33,465 bases of DNA from a virus (lineage: Duplodnaviria; Caudoviricetes): positions 1-33,465 of IMG/VR virus record IMGVR_UViG_3300005263_000075, one strand, 5' to 3'. The position numbers and the translations under genes were made by a program. Below the pieces are notes generated by a model. It was not told where the DNA came from, ran no database searches, and worked only from the letters and a program-made list of their open reading frames with translations. Below, one piece after another: positions 15,924 to 24,834 of the stretch; the first letter of the stretch is position 1, and the number at the start of each line of letters is the position of its first letter.

Positions 15924-17887
15924 ATGCATTATTAAATTCTGATTCTTCTCAGGTATCAAGCAATGTCGAAGCAATTAACAAGTTTGCGGATATAGATAAC
16001 CCGGTACTTCGCCTTCAATCTCTGTTGAATTATATAATCGATAATGGTGTGAAAGGGAAACCCGAAACGCTAAAAGTTATCAATCAGTTCAACATCAAAA
16101 TATCCTACTCTTCAATTCAATCTAAAATTAAAATATACAAAGCCGGCGGAGTGGGGGCTCTGAGTAGAAAAGAGAAAACTGACAAAGGAACTGTAAAGAG
16201 TTTTTCAAATGAAGTACTCCAGAAGCTACAAGATATTTATGTCGATGAAATCAAAGGCGGAGTTGTAAAGCGTGCTTATGAAGATACACATAAACACTTT
16301 CGTTCAATCAGCCGTGAATTTATTAATTCAGATACGGGTGAAGTGTTCACTATTAACAACGGATATTTATGCGATTCAAATAATCATCAGATACTTTCGT
16401 ACTACACTACACTTTTTATTCCGGGCGTTTACAGACTTAAACCTGAGGCAATTACAGGCGGTGAATGCGAACTTGAGATTGGTAGTTACGGTGCAGCTGC
16501 AAGATTTTTAAAGATTGTGAAGAAACAATATGGTGATGCGATATTCATGGCAAGGTTTGGAGTTCATGACTATCGTAATAGACGTCAACATGCTCAGAAG
16601 ATTGATTATTCAAAATTAAAACCAACTGAATTAATTTGCGGTGACGGTAAACTTGTCGACATACTCGTCATTAGTGATGACTGGAGACACGTATACCGTC
16701 CGTGGCTGATGGGCTGGATGGATATGCAAAATCGGAGATTCTGTTATCAGGAATCTTTATCAGAAACATCAGAGGCAATAGCAAACAGTCTTGCAGTGGC
16801 GGTCAGCAAATGGGGACTTCCTGAAAGGTGTTTACATGATAATGGCAAATCTTATCTGTCCGGCAGATTCCATCAAATGAAAGAACACCTCGGAATTAAA
16901 ACCCGCAAAGGAACAATCAAACTTGCAAGGGTAAAACCTATCGAATCATTCTGGCACACACTCGACAATCTTCTTAAAACACAAATTGGATATACAGGGA
17001 ATAAACGTGAAGAGTTTCCACAGGATACTAGAGACAGACTTAAATTCATACTTGGCGAGCAACGTGATTTAAAGCGTATTGAAAAAATGTTTAAAGAGGA
17101 AAAACCTGCGGATGGTAATATAGTTAATATTTCTAATCCTGAAGCTCGAATGAAAAACAGCAAGAAACGATTGATGCATATTTCAGAGTTTATTGAATTA
17201 CTCGAAAATAAACTCGAAGAATACCACGAGACAGTCCATCGTGGTTTAATGAAAGATGCAATTGGCAAACAATCATTAAACATAAATTGCACTGATGAGG
17301 TTATTAAATCATTCGGTGACAGGATTAATACTCCGATGGGCAGATACGATTATAAAGTTCAACTTGGGTTCACACCTGCGCGCGCTAACCCTGATACAGT
17401 TTCAATTTATGCAATGAATTATGATACACGTATTTGTCAGCTTAAAACAGGGATAGCATTTAACAATGAAGAATACTATTCAGCAAAGCTCAGGCAGTAT
17501 GCAGGTGAACGTGTACTTATCCGATATACGCATTCAAAGACTGATGCGCTGTATGTGTTTTATTCAGAAGAGTTACAAAAAATAGGAACTGATAAAAAAT
17601 ATATCACATCCGAAGTAATGAATAACCTTAAGTTCATATGCATCGCAGAACGTCAACGTGCCATTCATTATAACGATGAATCATTTAAAGAGTCCATTAT
17701 GCTGCGTAATGCTGAGGAGCGGAAACTACGTAATTCAATCGCTGCAAAACCGGAAGGAAATATTCACTCAATCAGTGCATTGGATTCTCAGATTAAGACA
17801 ATCAACGATGCAGAACAAGACTTTGTAATATCAAACTTAAACAAAGAAAAACCTTTTAAAAAATATAAAGACTTATTCGATGATTAA
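15911..17887 (+). CDS. MuA-like DDE transposase
   Basis: CGDGKLVD, LHDNGKSY, KPIESFW catalytic triad; YHETVHRGL; GIAFNNEEY..VLIRY C-terminal beta-barrel region. Confidence 0.93.
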   Translation: MSELNALLNSDSSQVSSNVEAINKFADIDNPVLRLQSLLNYIIDNGVKGKPETLKVINQFNIKISYSSIQSKIKIYKAGGVGALSRKEKTDKGTVKSFSNEVLQKLQDIYVDEIKGGVVKRAYEDTHKHFRSISREFINSDTGEVFTINNGYLCDSNNHQILSYYTTLFIPGVYRLKPEAITGGECELEIGSYGAAARFLKIVKKQYGDAIFMARFGVHDYRNRRQHAQKIDYSKLKPTELICGDGKLVDILVISDDWRHVYRPWLMGWMDMQNRRFCYQESLSETSEAIANSLAVAVSKWGLPERCLHDNGKSYLSGRFHQMKEHLGIKTRKGTIKLARVKPIESFWHTLDNLLKTQIGYTGNKREEFPQDTRDRLKFILGEQRDLKRIEKMFKEEKPADGNIVNISNPEARMKNSKKRLMHISEFIELLENKLEEYHETVHRGLMKDAIGKQSLNINCTDEVIKSFGDRINTPMGRYDYKVQLGFTPARANPDTVSIYAMNYDTRICQLKTGIAFNNEEYYSAKLRQYAGERVLIRYTHSKTDALYVFYSEELQKIGTDKKYITSEVMNNLKFICIAERQRAIHYNDESFKESIMLRNAEERKLRNSIAAKPEGNIHSISALDSQIKTINDAEQDFVISNLNKEKPFKKYKDLFDD

Positions 17888-18848
17888 TAACAACTCAGCT
17901 AAAAAAATTATTACGTTTGATTCGTATTCAGATGATGCTGAATATACAAACGTAAATGCGGGCAAAATTCAAAAAGCATTAAAGAGGCTTATTGAAGTTT
18001 TAGGGTTTTCACAGAACCAGCTTTCGAGAAAAATTGAGATTTCTTCTTCCGTTCTATCTCAAATTCTGAAGGCAAAGTATGAATACGATAAAGACAATTC
18101 CGTATGGGTTCAGATTGAAAAATTCCTTAATGAAATAAATGGTGACATATTTGAAACCGAACTTTACACAAAGGTTCACAAAATATTAAACCAGACATTT
18201 AAGGAAAAGATAATCACGGTTATTACATCAGCTTCCGGCGCAGGGAAGACACTTGCGGCAAAGAGGTACTGTTTTATAAACCACGATGCAATGCAAATCC
18301 GAATCACAGAGGTATTCAATGTGAAATTCCTTTTACAAAAAATGATGCAGTCAGTTGATGCTGAATGGGAAGGATATTCAAAGCAGCACATGTTTGAATC
18401 ACTTTCCGATATGCTCCGTAAGAAACCACGTTTGTTTGTAATAGATGAAGCTGAGCGACTTCACGTTCCAGAGCTCGAGACACTTCGTGATCTATATGAC
18501 CAGGGCAATATAGGTTTATGTTTAATCGGTCAGGAGATTCTAAGGAAAGTCTTACAAGAAGGTCACACACGGAAAAAGGATTTAGTTCAATTGTATTCTC
18601 GCATTGCCTTCTCGAAAGTCGTAAATATACTTACCCCGAAAGATATAATTATGGTATTCGATAAATTTTGTCCTGATTATGATTTATCGGAAAATAAAAT
18701 CAAGAAGCTGTCTTCGTATTATGCTGCGAAAGGTGGAATAAGGGCAATTGAAAACATTGCTAAATACGCGGCAAAGAATGCAAAGAAATATGAGTATACT
18801 GTTAATGATGAGTTTATTGATAACGTGATTTCAAAAATATCTTTATAA
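17880..18848 (+). CDS. MuB-like transposition AAA+ ATPase with N-terminal HTH
   Basis: FSQNQLSRKIEISSSVLSQIL HTH; Walker A SASGAGKT; Walker B FVIDEAE; LRDLYD; QLYSRI. Confidence 0.93.
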   Translation: MINNNSAKKIITFDSYSDDAEYTNVNAGKIQKALKRLIEVLGFSQNQLSRKIEISSSVLSQILKAKYEYDKDNSVWVQIEKFLNEINGDIFETELYTKVHKILNQTFKEKIITVITSASGAGKTLAAKRYCFINHDAMQIRITEVFNVKFLLQKMMQSVDAEWEGYSKQHMFESLSDMLRKKPRLFVIDEAERLHVPELETLRDLYDQGNIGLCLIGQEILRKVLQEGHTRKKDLVQLYSRIAFSKVVNILTPKDIIMVFDKFCPDYDLSENKIKKLSSYYAAKGGIRAIENIAKYAAKNAKKYEYTVNDEFIDNVISKISL

Positions 18849-18855
18849 GGAGCCG

Positions 18856-19194
18856 ATGACAATGACAGACTTTTATATCACATTAAAGCTTGCAAAGGCA
18901 TTACGGAAAATCGGTATTAAGCAGGTCTCACTGCATTACTACTTTAAGAATACCGGTGTTGTAAAACACATCAGCGATATACCTCAATCATCCGATATGG
19001 ATAAGTTTTGGATTTCTGCATTTATGGATTGTGAACTGGACCCGTATTTACCTGATGGTGTAATCCTTGAGAAGAAAGCCGGAGCATGGACAGCGAAATA
19101 TAAAACATATACATCATCTGATCATTCGATTATTGCTAATGCCAAAGCAGGATTGATATTGATACTCGATAGAAAGGAGTTCATACATTTATGA
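18856..19194 (+). CDS. Hypothetical phage protein
   Basis: AAGGAG RBS; operon-packed. Confidence 0.65.
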   Translation: MTMTDFYITLKLAKALRKIGIKQVSLHYYFKNTGVVKHISDIPQSSDMDKFWISAFMDCELDPYLPDGVILEKKAGAWTAKYKTYTSSDHSIIANAKAGLILILDRKEFIHL

Positions 19195-19604
19195 ATAAAA
19201 TAATAGGTAAAGTATGCGGGTGGAATATAAGAGAAAACACAAAGGAGGCAGATGATGTATTTGTAATTACAAGGAAAATGATATTCGTTACCCGCATTCA
19301 GAATCTCTGGAGACGGCTCATAACTTCAAACCCAAAATACAAAGGAGTTAAAGCCCGTTTAAAGATGATTAGAGTAATCTGCAAACGAGGCAATGGAGTT
19401 GCGATGTATGAAACATACGTAAAGAAGGGGCAGTTTTATTACAACATCTCATCAGAGAGTTTATTTACACTGAACGAACTAAGTGAAGCCACAGCATTTA
19501 TACACGGTATAATTAAGAGACGAATTGAAACGAGTGACACAAATTTAAGAACGGCATCTATTATTAACGAAGCCAAAAGTATTCTCGATGCCGGACATAG
19601 ATAA
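19191..19604 (+). CDS. Hypothetical protein
   Basis: ATGA overlap with the previous gene. Confidence 0.6.
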   Translation: MNKIIGKVCGWNIRENTKEADDVFVITRKMIFVTRIQNLWRRLITSNPKYKGVKARLKMIRVICKRGNGVAMYETYVKKGQFYYNISSESLFTLNELSEATAFIHGIIKRRIETSDTNLRTASIINEAKSILDAGHR

Positions 19605-19839
19605 ATATCTAAAGGAAGCACACGATGCTATTAAAGTGGAATCATCCATAAGAGAAATAACTCTCACGGAATTGATTTCAGAGATACTCGACAAGATGAA
19701 TACATATGAAGTAATCGTTGCAGTTGGCAGATACACATACGTAATTTTTGAAGATTGCAAATACATTTTAAATAATGATTTTTTCGAAAGCAAAATAAGA
19801 CCATTATGGAAACTAACCACAAATTCAAACAGGCCGTAA
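19588..19839 (+). CDS. Hypothetical protein
   Basis: Overlapping operon arrangement. Confidence 0.5.
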   Translation: MPDIDKYLKEAHDAIKVESSIREITLTELISEILDKMNTYEVIVAVGRYTYVIFEDCKYILNNDFFESKIRPLWKLTTNSNRP

Positions 19840-20042
19840 GGCGGAAAATAAATCGTTTAGATCATAAATTAGCAGCTGCAGCAGCTGTAGTATGGGGCGG
19901 TGAAAGGGCGGCAGTTATCAGTTGCACGACGGGAGAAGCAATTATTGCTGTCTCACAGAAAGCAAAAGAATTAGGATTTGATTATCTGGCAATTGAAGTT
20001 TCAAACGAGATAGACATTTTAAAAACACTTTTACAAAAATAA
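19806..20042 (+). CDS. Hypothetical protein
   Basis: Overlapping operon arrangement. Confidence 0.5.
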   Translation: METNHKFKQAVRRKINRLDHKLAAAAAVVWGGERAAVISCTTGEAIIAVSQKAKELGFDYLAIEVSNEIDILKTLLQK

Positions 20043-20052
20043 ATAAATCATT

Positions 20053-20475
20053 ATGGGAAAAGAAGTATTACCAGGACAAACATCGTTTGTCGACACATCG
20101 AAAGATGATACAGCAAATTGGAAGCTCGAGCTGGTCACAAAGAGTCCAATCAAAGACCGTGCAGGTTTATTGAAAGCACTCAGAGAGCATAAGTTCTTGA
20201 ACAATGAAATCAAGAACGAACAAAGGAATTTGAACATAGCCATACAGGACCTTGAGCGGCCGGCTATGAGTCGGATTCATAATATGGAAGTCACAGCAAA
20301 TGAACTTCTAAAGAACATTCAGCAATATGCATCAGATAATATTGTTGAATTTGTGGGTGTTGCAGGTGAGAGAAGACATCTTGACTTACCTGATTTTGAC
20401 ATCTACATCGATCTTAAAAAAGCAGTTAAAATAAAACCAAAGGCATCTTCAACAGGTGCGGAAAGTGAAATATGA
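20053..20475 (+). CDS. Mu Gam-like host-nuclease inhibitor (short form)
   Basis: Coiled coil then IQQYASDNIVEF..RRHLDL, paralleling the Gam pattern; Mu early-region context. Confidence 0.5.
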   Translation: MGKEVLPGQTSFVDTSKDDTANWKLELVTKSPIKDRAGLLKALREHKFLNNEIKNEQRNLNIAIQDLERPAMSRIHNMEVTANELLKNIQQYASDNIVEFVGVAGERRHLDLPDFDIYIDLKKAVKIKPKASSTGAESEI

Positions 20476-20476
20476 A

Positions 20477-21121
20477 ATGGCTATTAAAAAAATCATAAAT
20501 GGTGAAGAACACTGGCAGAACCGTAACGGAAAGTTTATTCCTATCAAAAACATACAGAAGCATATGCGGCGCAAGGATAAAGTTGTAACTGGTATTATCG
20601 CACGCGTCATTCCTCTCAGGGAACGTCTGCAGAAAGAAAAACTTAATATTATTGCAGACATCAATAATTATCTAGGGTGGCACCAAAGAGTAATCTTAAA
20701 AGACGCCGGGATTAAAGATAAGGATCATGACTTCACGGACGGCAATGTTATTCTATCAGATTTCGCAAATACCATTAAAGTAGAACTTAAAATTAATGAG
20801 ACTATGGAATTTGATGAAGGACTGAAGACAGCTGAAAAACTCTGGAAGAATTGTATTAAACGCGGTCTGAAGGATGTCCCGTCCTGGATGCGGGTTGTAG
20901 TTGAAGATACTTTCAGTGTTAATAAGAAAGGAAAGATAAATACACAGCAAGTTTTAAGGCTGACTAAGTATGCGGTAGATGACAAAGAATGGAAGGAAGC
21001 AACGAATATAGCACTCAGATCTATCCAGGTCGCAGGCACGAAGCAGTACCTGAATATGAAAGTGCGACGGGATAAAAATTCAAATTGGGAATCCGTGGGC
21101 TTAAATTTTTCATCATTATAA
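20477..21121 (+). CDS. DUF3164-family protein of transposable phages (probable start 20477)
   Basis: WQNRNGKFIP..KDKVV..GNVILSDF..FDEGL..FSVNKKGKIN..WKEA..LNFSSL pattern. Confidence 0.8.
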   Translation: MAIKKIINGEEHWQNRNGKFIPIKNIQKHMRRKDKVVTGIIARVIPLRERLQKEKLNIIADINNYLGWHQRVILKDAGIKDKDHDFTDGNVILSDFANTIKVELKINETMEFDEGLKTAEKLWKNCIKRGLKDVPSWMRVVVEDTFSVNKKGKINTQQVLRLTKYAVDDKEWKEATNIALRSIQVAGTKQYLNMKVRRDKNSNWESVGLNFSSL

Positions 21122-21135
21122 ATTAAACCGTTCCT

Positions 21136-21162
21136 GTCATTCCAGCGGAAGCTGGAAACCAG
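21136..21162 (+). repeat. REP-like palindrome GTCATTCCAGCGGAAGCTGGAAACCAG
   Basis: TTCCAGC-GGAA-GCTGGAA hairpin; resembles the GTCATTCCCGCGxAxGCGGGAATCC class of bacterial palindromic repeats. Confidence 0.6.
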
Positions 21163-21188
21163 AGAACATAAAAGAAAGGAAAGAATAA

Positions 21189-21344
21189 ATGGGAGCATCG
21201 GTAAAAATAATGTTGAGTCACGATTACTGTCATTTTGAAGTCAGTAAATCGACAGACGACAATATAACAGACAAAGAAATAAACCAAATGCGGAAGGATG
21301 TACAGAAGCTTGCAGATGAAGCGGTGAGGCAATATAAAAAGTGA
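21189..21344 (+). CDS. 51-aa ORF missing from the track (MGASVKIMLSHDYCHFEV..QYKK); possibly the N-terminal half of a split gene
   Basis: Translated by hand; AAAGGA upstream; stop overlaps the next ORF. Confidence 0.6.
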   Translation: MGASVKIMLSHDYCHFEVSKSTDDNITDKEINQMRKDVQKLADEAVRQYKK

Positions 21345-21538
21345 TGAAAAATAGTTTTAACGAGAAGGCGAATAAGAAGTATGACCGGGAGGTCTTCTTG
21401 AAAGAGGTTTACGCTATTCAGGCAAAGAAAGAACCGGACAGAACTGTGCGCGAAATGGCTATGCTAAAGCAATATGAGGACGGCGAATGGGAAAAGCAGT
21501 TTGAGTATAATTATGATTATGAGGACGATCAAATTTAA
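21341..21538 (+). CDS. Hypothetical protein with acidic C-terminus; possibly the C-terminal half of a split gene
   Basis: -1 frame relative to 21189..21344. Confidence 0.55.
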   Translation: MMKNSFNEKANKKYDREVFLKEVYAIQAKKEPDRTVREMAMLKQYEDGEWEKQFEYNYDYEDDQI

Positions 21539-21568
21539 ATACCATTTAAATAACTTTTAATAAATAAA

Positions 21569-21694
21569 ATGAAAAAAAGTTTTTTAGAATCAGGTGGAAT
21601 TCATGGGATACACCAACGCAGAATGAGAAACGAATTAATTGTATGGGCTTTGATAGTTATTGCAATAACAACATTTATAATTTTAACAAATTAA
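21569..21694 (+). CDS. 41-aa single-TM protein (not in track)
   Basis: MKKSFLESGGIHGIHQRRMRNELIVWALIVIAITTFIILTN. Confidence 0.5.
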   Translation: MKKSFLESGGIHGIHQRRMRNELIVWALIVIAITTFIILTN

Positions 21695-21699
21695 CAACT

Positions 21700-21864
21700 A
21701 TGGACATCAACATATCAGGACATAAGGTAGAAACCGAAACACCGTTCCTGCGTAAGCAGGAAACACAGCCAAAGGAAGAAACAATCCGTTTCACTCTTTT
21801 CGTAGTGGGCATTGTTCTCGGCGCTATCGTAACCTTTATCGTCACGTCAGGAGGTATTCACTAA
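21700..21864 (+). CDS. Small single-TM protein (probable start 21700)
   Basis: FTLFVVGIVLGAIVTFIV hydrophobic helix. Confidence 0.55.
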   Translation: MDINISGHKVETETPFLRKQETQPKEETIRFTLFVVGIVLGAIVTFIVTSGGIH

Positions 21865-22055
21865 TGGCGGGATTCATCATAGGTATAGCAATAATTCTGA
21901 TTCTTGTAATCAGATTAATACAGGTCATGCGTTCATACGATGATACGTGTGTTCAGGTGAAGCTTTGTGCAGAAGGTAAAATGATTTGTGACCGTATAAA
22001 CAAATGCAATGCATACAAGAAAGTAACGCGAGCTTCCAGCTTGCGGAAAGGATAA
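21864..22055 (+). CDS. Small N-terminal TM, Cys-rich protein
   Basis: GGAGG RBS, TAATG overlap; hydrophobic N-terminus and four Cys. Confidence 0.6.
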   Translation: MAGFIIGIAIILILVIRLIQVMRSYDDTCVQVKLCAEGKMICDRINKCNAYKKVTRASSLRKG

Positions 22056-22062
22056 ACCGATA

Positions 22063-22425
22063 ATGGAAGACACAGTAAAGCATTCAGGAAGTTCACTCGA
22101 TACCCGCAACCAGGCGTACCTCGATATGATCGCAAACGAGACCGGGTTAAACGAACAGTATAAACTTATCCTGAAGTTCATAATCAATGCCGGCGGGTCC
22201 GCCATATTCGACGAAATCTCCGCAGGTACCGGTATCCCAAAGAATGTAGTTACTGCCCGGGTCCGTGAGCTCGTAAAGGATTACGAAATCCTGTATTGCA
22301 TAAAAGATACAAAGAAAGAAAATCCCATTTCGGGAAAGATGAATACACTCTGGTTCATCAACTATAACAAGTTCAATGAACACAGTCTCGTATTCTCTAA
22401 AAAACCTAAAAGAAAGGTAGCTTAA
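22063..22425 (+). CDS. Winged-helix DNA-binding protein
   Basis: FDEISAGTGIPKNVVTARVRELV..NPISGK..W. Confidence 0.7.
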   Translation: MEDTVKHSGSSLDTRNQAYLDMIANETGLNEQYKLILKFIINAGGSAIFDEISAGTGIPKNVVTARVRELVKDYEILYCIKDTKKENPISGKMNTLWFINYNKFNEHSLVFSKKPKRKVA

Positions 22426-22426
22426 A

Positions 22427-22543
22427 ATGACCATTGAGAAAGTTGAAGTGATTAGGGTTGCTACACTTGATAAATATATCAGTAGGAAAAGAACTTTTAA
22501 TGAAGCATTTAAAGAGGTTTTAAAACAACTTAAAGTAGCATAA
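22427..22543 (+). CDS. 38-aa ORF (not in track) ending LKVA
   Basis: MTIEKVEVIRVATLDKYISRKRTFNEAFKEVLKQLKVA fills the gap between its neighbours almost exactly. Confidence 0.5.
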   Translation: MTIEKVEVIRVATLDKYISRKRTFNEAFKEVLKQLKVA

Positions 22544-22545
22544 CT

Positions 22546-23583
22546 ATGAAACCTAAACTCTACAAATTAACTCCGACAAAAATCCCTTGGGCTGATTATG
22601 TGTGGGGCATTTCAACCGGGTGTGACAAAGTTTCTTCCGGTTGCATGAAATGTTATGCCGAAACATTTGCAATACGTTTCTGGAAGGGCAGACCGTTTAA
22701 CGATGTTCGGTTCCATCCGGAACGTTTAAACTTCGCGGCGCTTAAAACAGAAGGCAATATCATATTCGTAAATTCGATGAGTGATTTATTCCACGGAAAA
22801 GTCTATGATGAAAACATAATACAGGTTATCAATGAGATGTATCTGCATCCAAACCAATGGTTTGTCGTACTGACAAAAAGGCCTAAAAGAGCGAAAGCTT
22901 TTTTTGACACATATAAAAACGCACCATCAAATCTCATCCTTGGTGTCTCAGTCGAAGATGCTTCAACGGCAGAGGAACGTCTCGACTGGCTTCTTAAAAC
23001 CGATGTAAAGCATCGCATCGTTAGCATCGAACCTTATTTGCCTTGGAAAGCTAACACTAAGAAATTCTCCGAGGCCAAAGAAGTTAACATTCAATTTTAC
23101 ACACAGAGTACATTCGCAAAACGCGGCTGGAAAGGGATGCTCGAATGGGTCATCGTCGGTGCCGAAACCGGTCCCGGCAAAAGATATTGCGACCCGAGGT
23201 TCATCGAGAAAATTGTTAATGATTGTTTAGCTACACATACACCAGTATACGTAAAACAAATACACACAAAGAAAGATGCTAAAGGGAAATTCAAAGTATT
23301 AAGTAATCCGTATGACTTCCCTGCACGCCTGCAATATACTCAGTTCATGCGCGATTGCAGCATCGACAGATATATCAATGGTCAGGATTTTAAAGAAGCC
23401 ATTAATTACATGTATCCAAAGCCAGTGATAAATGACAATGACGGGAAATGGACTCACAATAAAATTCCCCATGCCAAACATATTGACAGTAAGAAGCCCC
23501 GGGAATTAAAAAACATCGAGATTATTTCGGTAAATATTAATGGTGGATTTACGGGAATAATTAAACCGGAGGATTACAAATGA
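22546..23583 (+). CDS. DUF5131 / phage Gp37-Gp68 family protein (three-Cys, radical-SAM-like)
   Basis: TKIPWAD..GCDKVSSGCMKCYA, FVNSMSDLFH, LTKRP, SIEP, WVIVGAETG. Confidence 0.9.
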   Translation: MKPKLYKLTPTKIPWADYVWGISTGCDKVSSGCMKCYAETFAIRFWKGRPFNDVRFHPERLNFAALKTEGNIIFVNSMSDLFHGKVYDENIIQVINEMYLHPNQWFVVLTKRPKRAKAFFDTYKNAPSNLILGVSVEDASTAEERLDWLLKTDVKHRIVSIEPYLPWKANTKKFSEAKEVNIQFYTQSTFAKRGWKGMLEWVIVGAETGPGKRYCDPRFIEKIVNDCLATHTPVYVKQIHTKKDAKGKFKVLSNPYDFPARLQYTQFMRDCSIDRYINGQDFKEAINYMYPKPVINDNDGKWTHNKIPHAKHIDSKKPRELKNIEIISVNINGGFTGIIKPEDYK

Positions 23584-23882
23584 AAGTAATAGTAATCTGC
23601 GAAGATCATTCGACATTTGAATTCTCATCAGTATTTATATATCCGTTTTACGATCCATCTGCCGATGCTGAGAAGAGACATCAAATTAGAATATCGCACG
23701 GCACGGTATTCAGCGGAAGCCAACAGGATTACGCAATATACAAATGTGGGTCTGAATTGTTACGGATTGCAGTTCATGCGATTCTTAATAGGACATTCGA
23801 AAGATGTGCTGAACAGAGTGATAGTGAAACGAGAATGATATTCATTCATCTAAGGGAGATTATAAAGGAGGCAGCTGAGTGA
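23580..23882 (+). CDS. Hypothetical protein
   Basis: GGAGG RBS and ATGA overlap. Confidence 0.6.
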   Translation: MKVIVICEDHSTFEFSSVFIYPFYDPSADAEKRHQIRISHGTVFSGSQQDYAIYKCGSELLRIAVHAILNRTFERCAEQSDSETRMIFIHLREIIKEAAE

Positions 23883-24205
23883 TGGGGCAAAAAATAGTAG
23901 CTGTAGGGACCGTAAATAATAATTTCAGTCAAGTGATTGATGCAATGTCAAATGTTTCCTTAACCCGGGCAGGGACAAAAGAATTCCCAAAATGCAAAGT
24001 CTGCGGAGGAGTAGTAGGGATAACAACTTATTCATGGAAATATAAGGATGGTTCTAAATTCATATATGATATGCGTTGCCAAAAGCATTTGCGTAAATAT
24101 GATAAACCTGGCGTTTCTGATAAACAGGATCGTAATGCTCCCTGTTCCTGCGGTTCTGGTAAAAAGTTTAAAAAGTGCTGTATGGGTAAGGAGGTGAAAG
24201 TATAA
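23879..24205 (+). CDS. SEC-C motif protein with an additional putative zinc finger
   Basis: RNAPCSCGSGKKFKKCC at the C-terminus; CKVC..CQKH upstream. Confidence 0.8.
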   Translation: MMGQKIVAVGTVNNNFSQVIDAMSNVSLTRAGTKEFPKCKVCGGVVGITTYSWKYKDGSKFIYDMRCQKHLRKYDKPGVSDKQDRNAPCSCGSGKKFKKCCMGKEVKV

Positions 24206-24834
24206 TGAATTATGTAAATGGTTGCTTAATAAAATCCATATCATTCTCACAAGAAGAAATATTAAAATCTATTATTGATTTGTATATCCCGGGAGGGGTT
24301 TTACATTGTGATGTAACTTATGCCAAAGGTGGTTTTTATAATAATATACCAAAGCCCAATCTTAAATATGATTTGTTGCCACAATCAGAAGACACAGTTA
24401 AAGCAGATTGCAGAGCTTTACCTCTCGCAGATGGTGCATTAGAAAGTCTCGTTTTTGACCCGCCGTTTTTGGCTTCCTGGAGGGTTACTTCACAAATGTT
24501 AAAAATTGAAAAATATTATTCAAGTATACGTGGGATAAAAAATTTACTAAAGATGTATGAGGATTCTATTATTGAATTTTCAAGAGTAATCCAAAACAAC
24601 GGGGTATTAATTGTAAAATGTCAGGACACTATATATGCCAATAAGAATTATTTTAACCATATAACAATACATGACTATGCAAAGACAAATGGTTTTATTG
24701 CTCTTGACTTATTTATACTATTGGCAAAATCAAGATTCATCGGATCAGGCACACAAAGGTCTGCCAGAAAATTCCACTCTTATTTTTGGGTATTTAAAAA
24801 ACGCCGAATTGGTAAGGAGAATGCAAATGGTTAA
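24205..24834 (+). CDS. Putative amino (N6A/N4C) DNA methyltransferase-like protein
   Basis: DVTYAKGGFY SAM-binding-like motif; VFDPPF catalytic motif; GVLIVKCQD; ARKFHSYFWVF. Confidence 0.75.
   Translation: MNYVNGCLIKSISFSQEEILKSIIDLYIPGGVLHCDVTYAKGGFYNNIPKPNLKYDLLPQSEDTVKADCRALPLADGALESLVFDPPFLASWRVTSQMLKIEKYYSSIRGIKNLLKMYEDSIIEFSRVIQNNGVLIVKCQDTIYANKNYFNHITIHDYAKTNGFIALDLFILLAKSRFIGSGTQRSARKFHSYFWVFKKRRIGKENANG

Noticed and set aside
19871-19890. Poly-Ala run (GCA/GCT codons)
   Set aside because: Short low-complexity coding stretch, not a repeat array
24671-24826. Upstream extension of the C5 methyltransferase
   Set aside because: Overlaps the previous gene; the RBS and motif I point to 24827. 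Extensions at 27890 and 28680 were trimmed for the same reason
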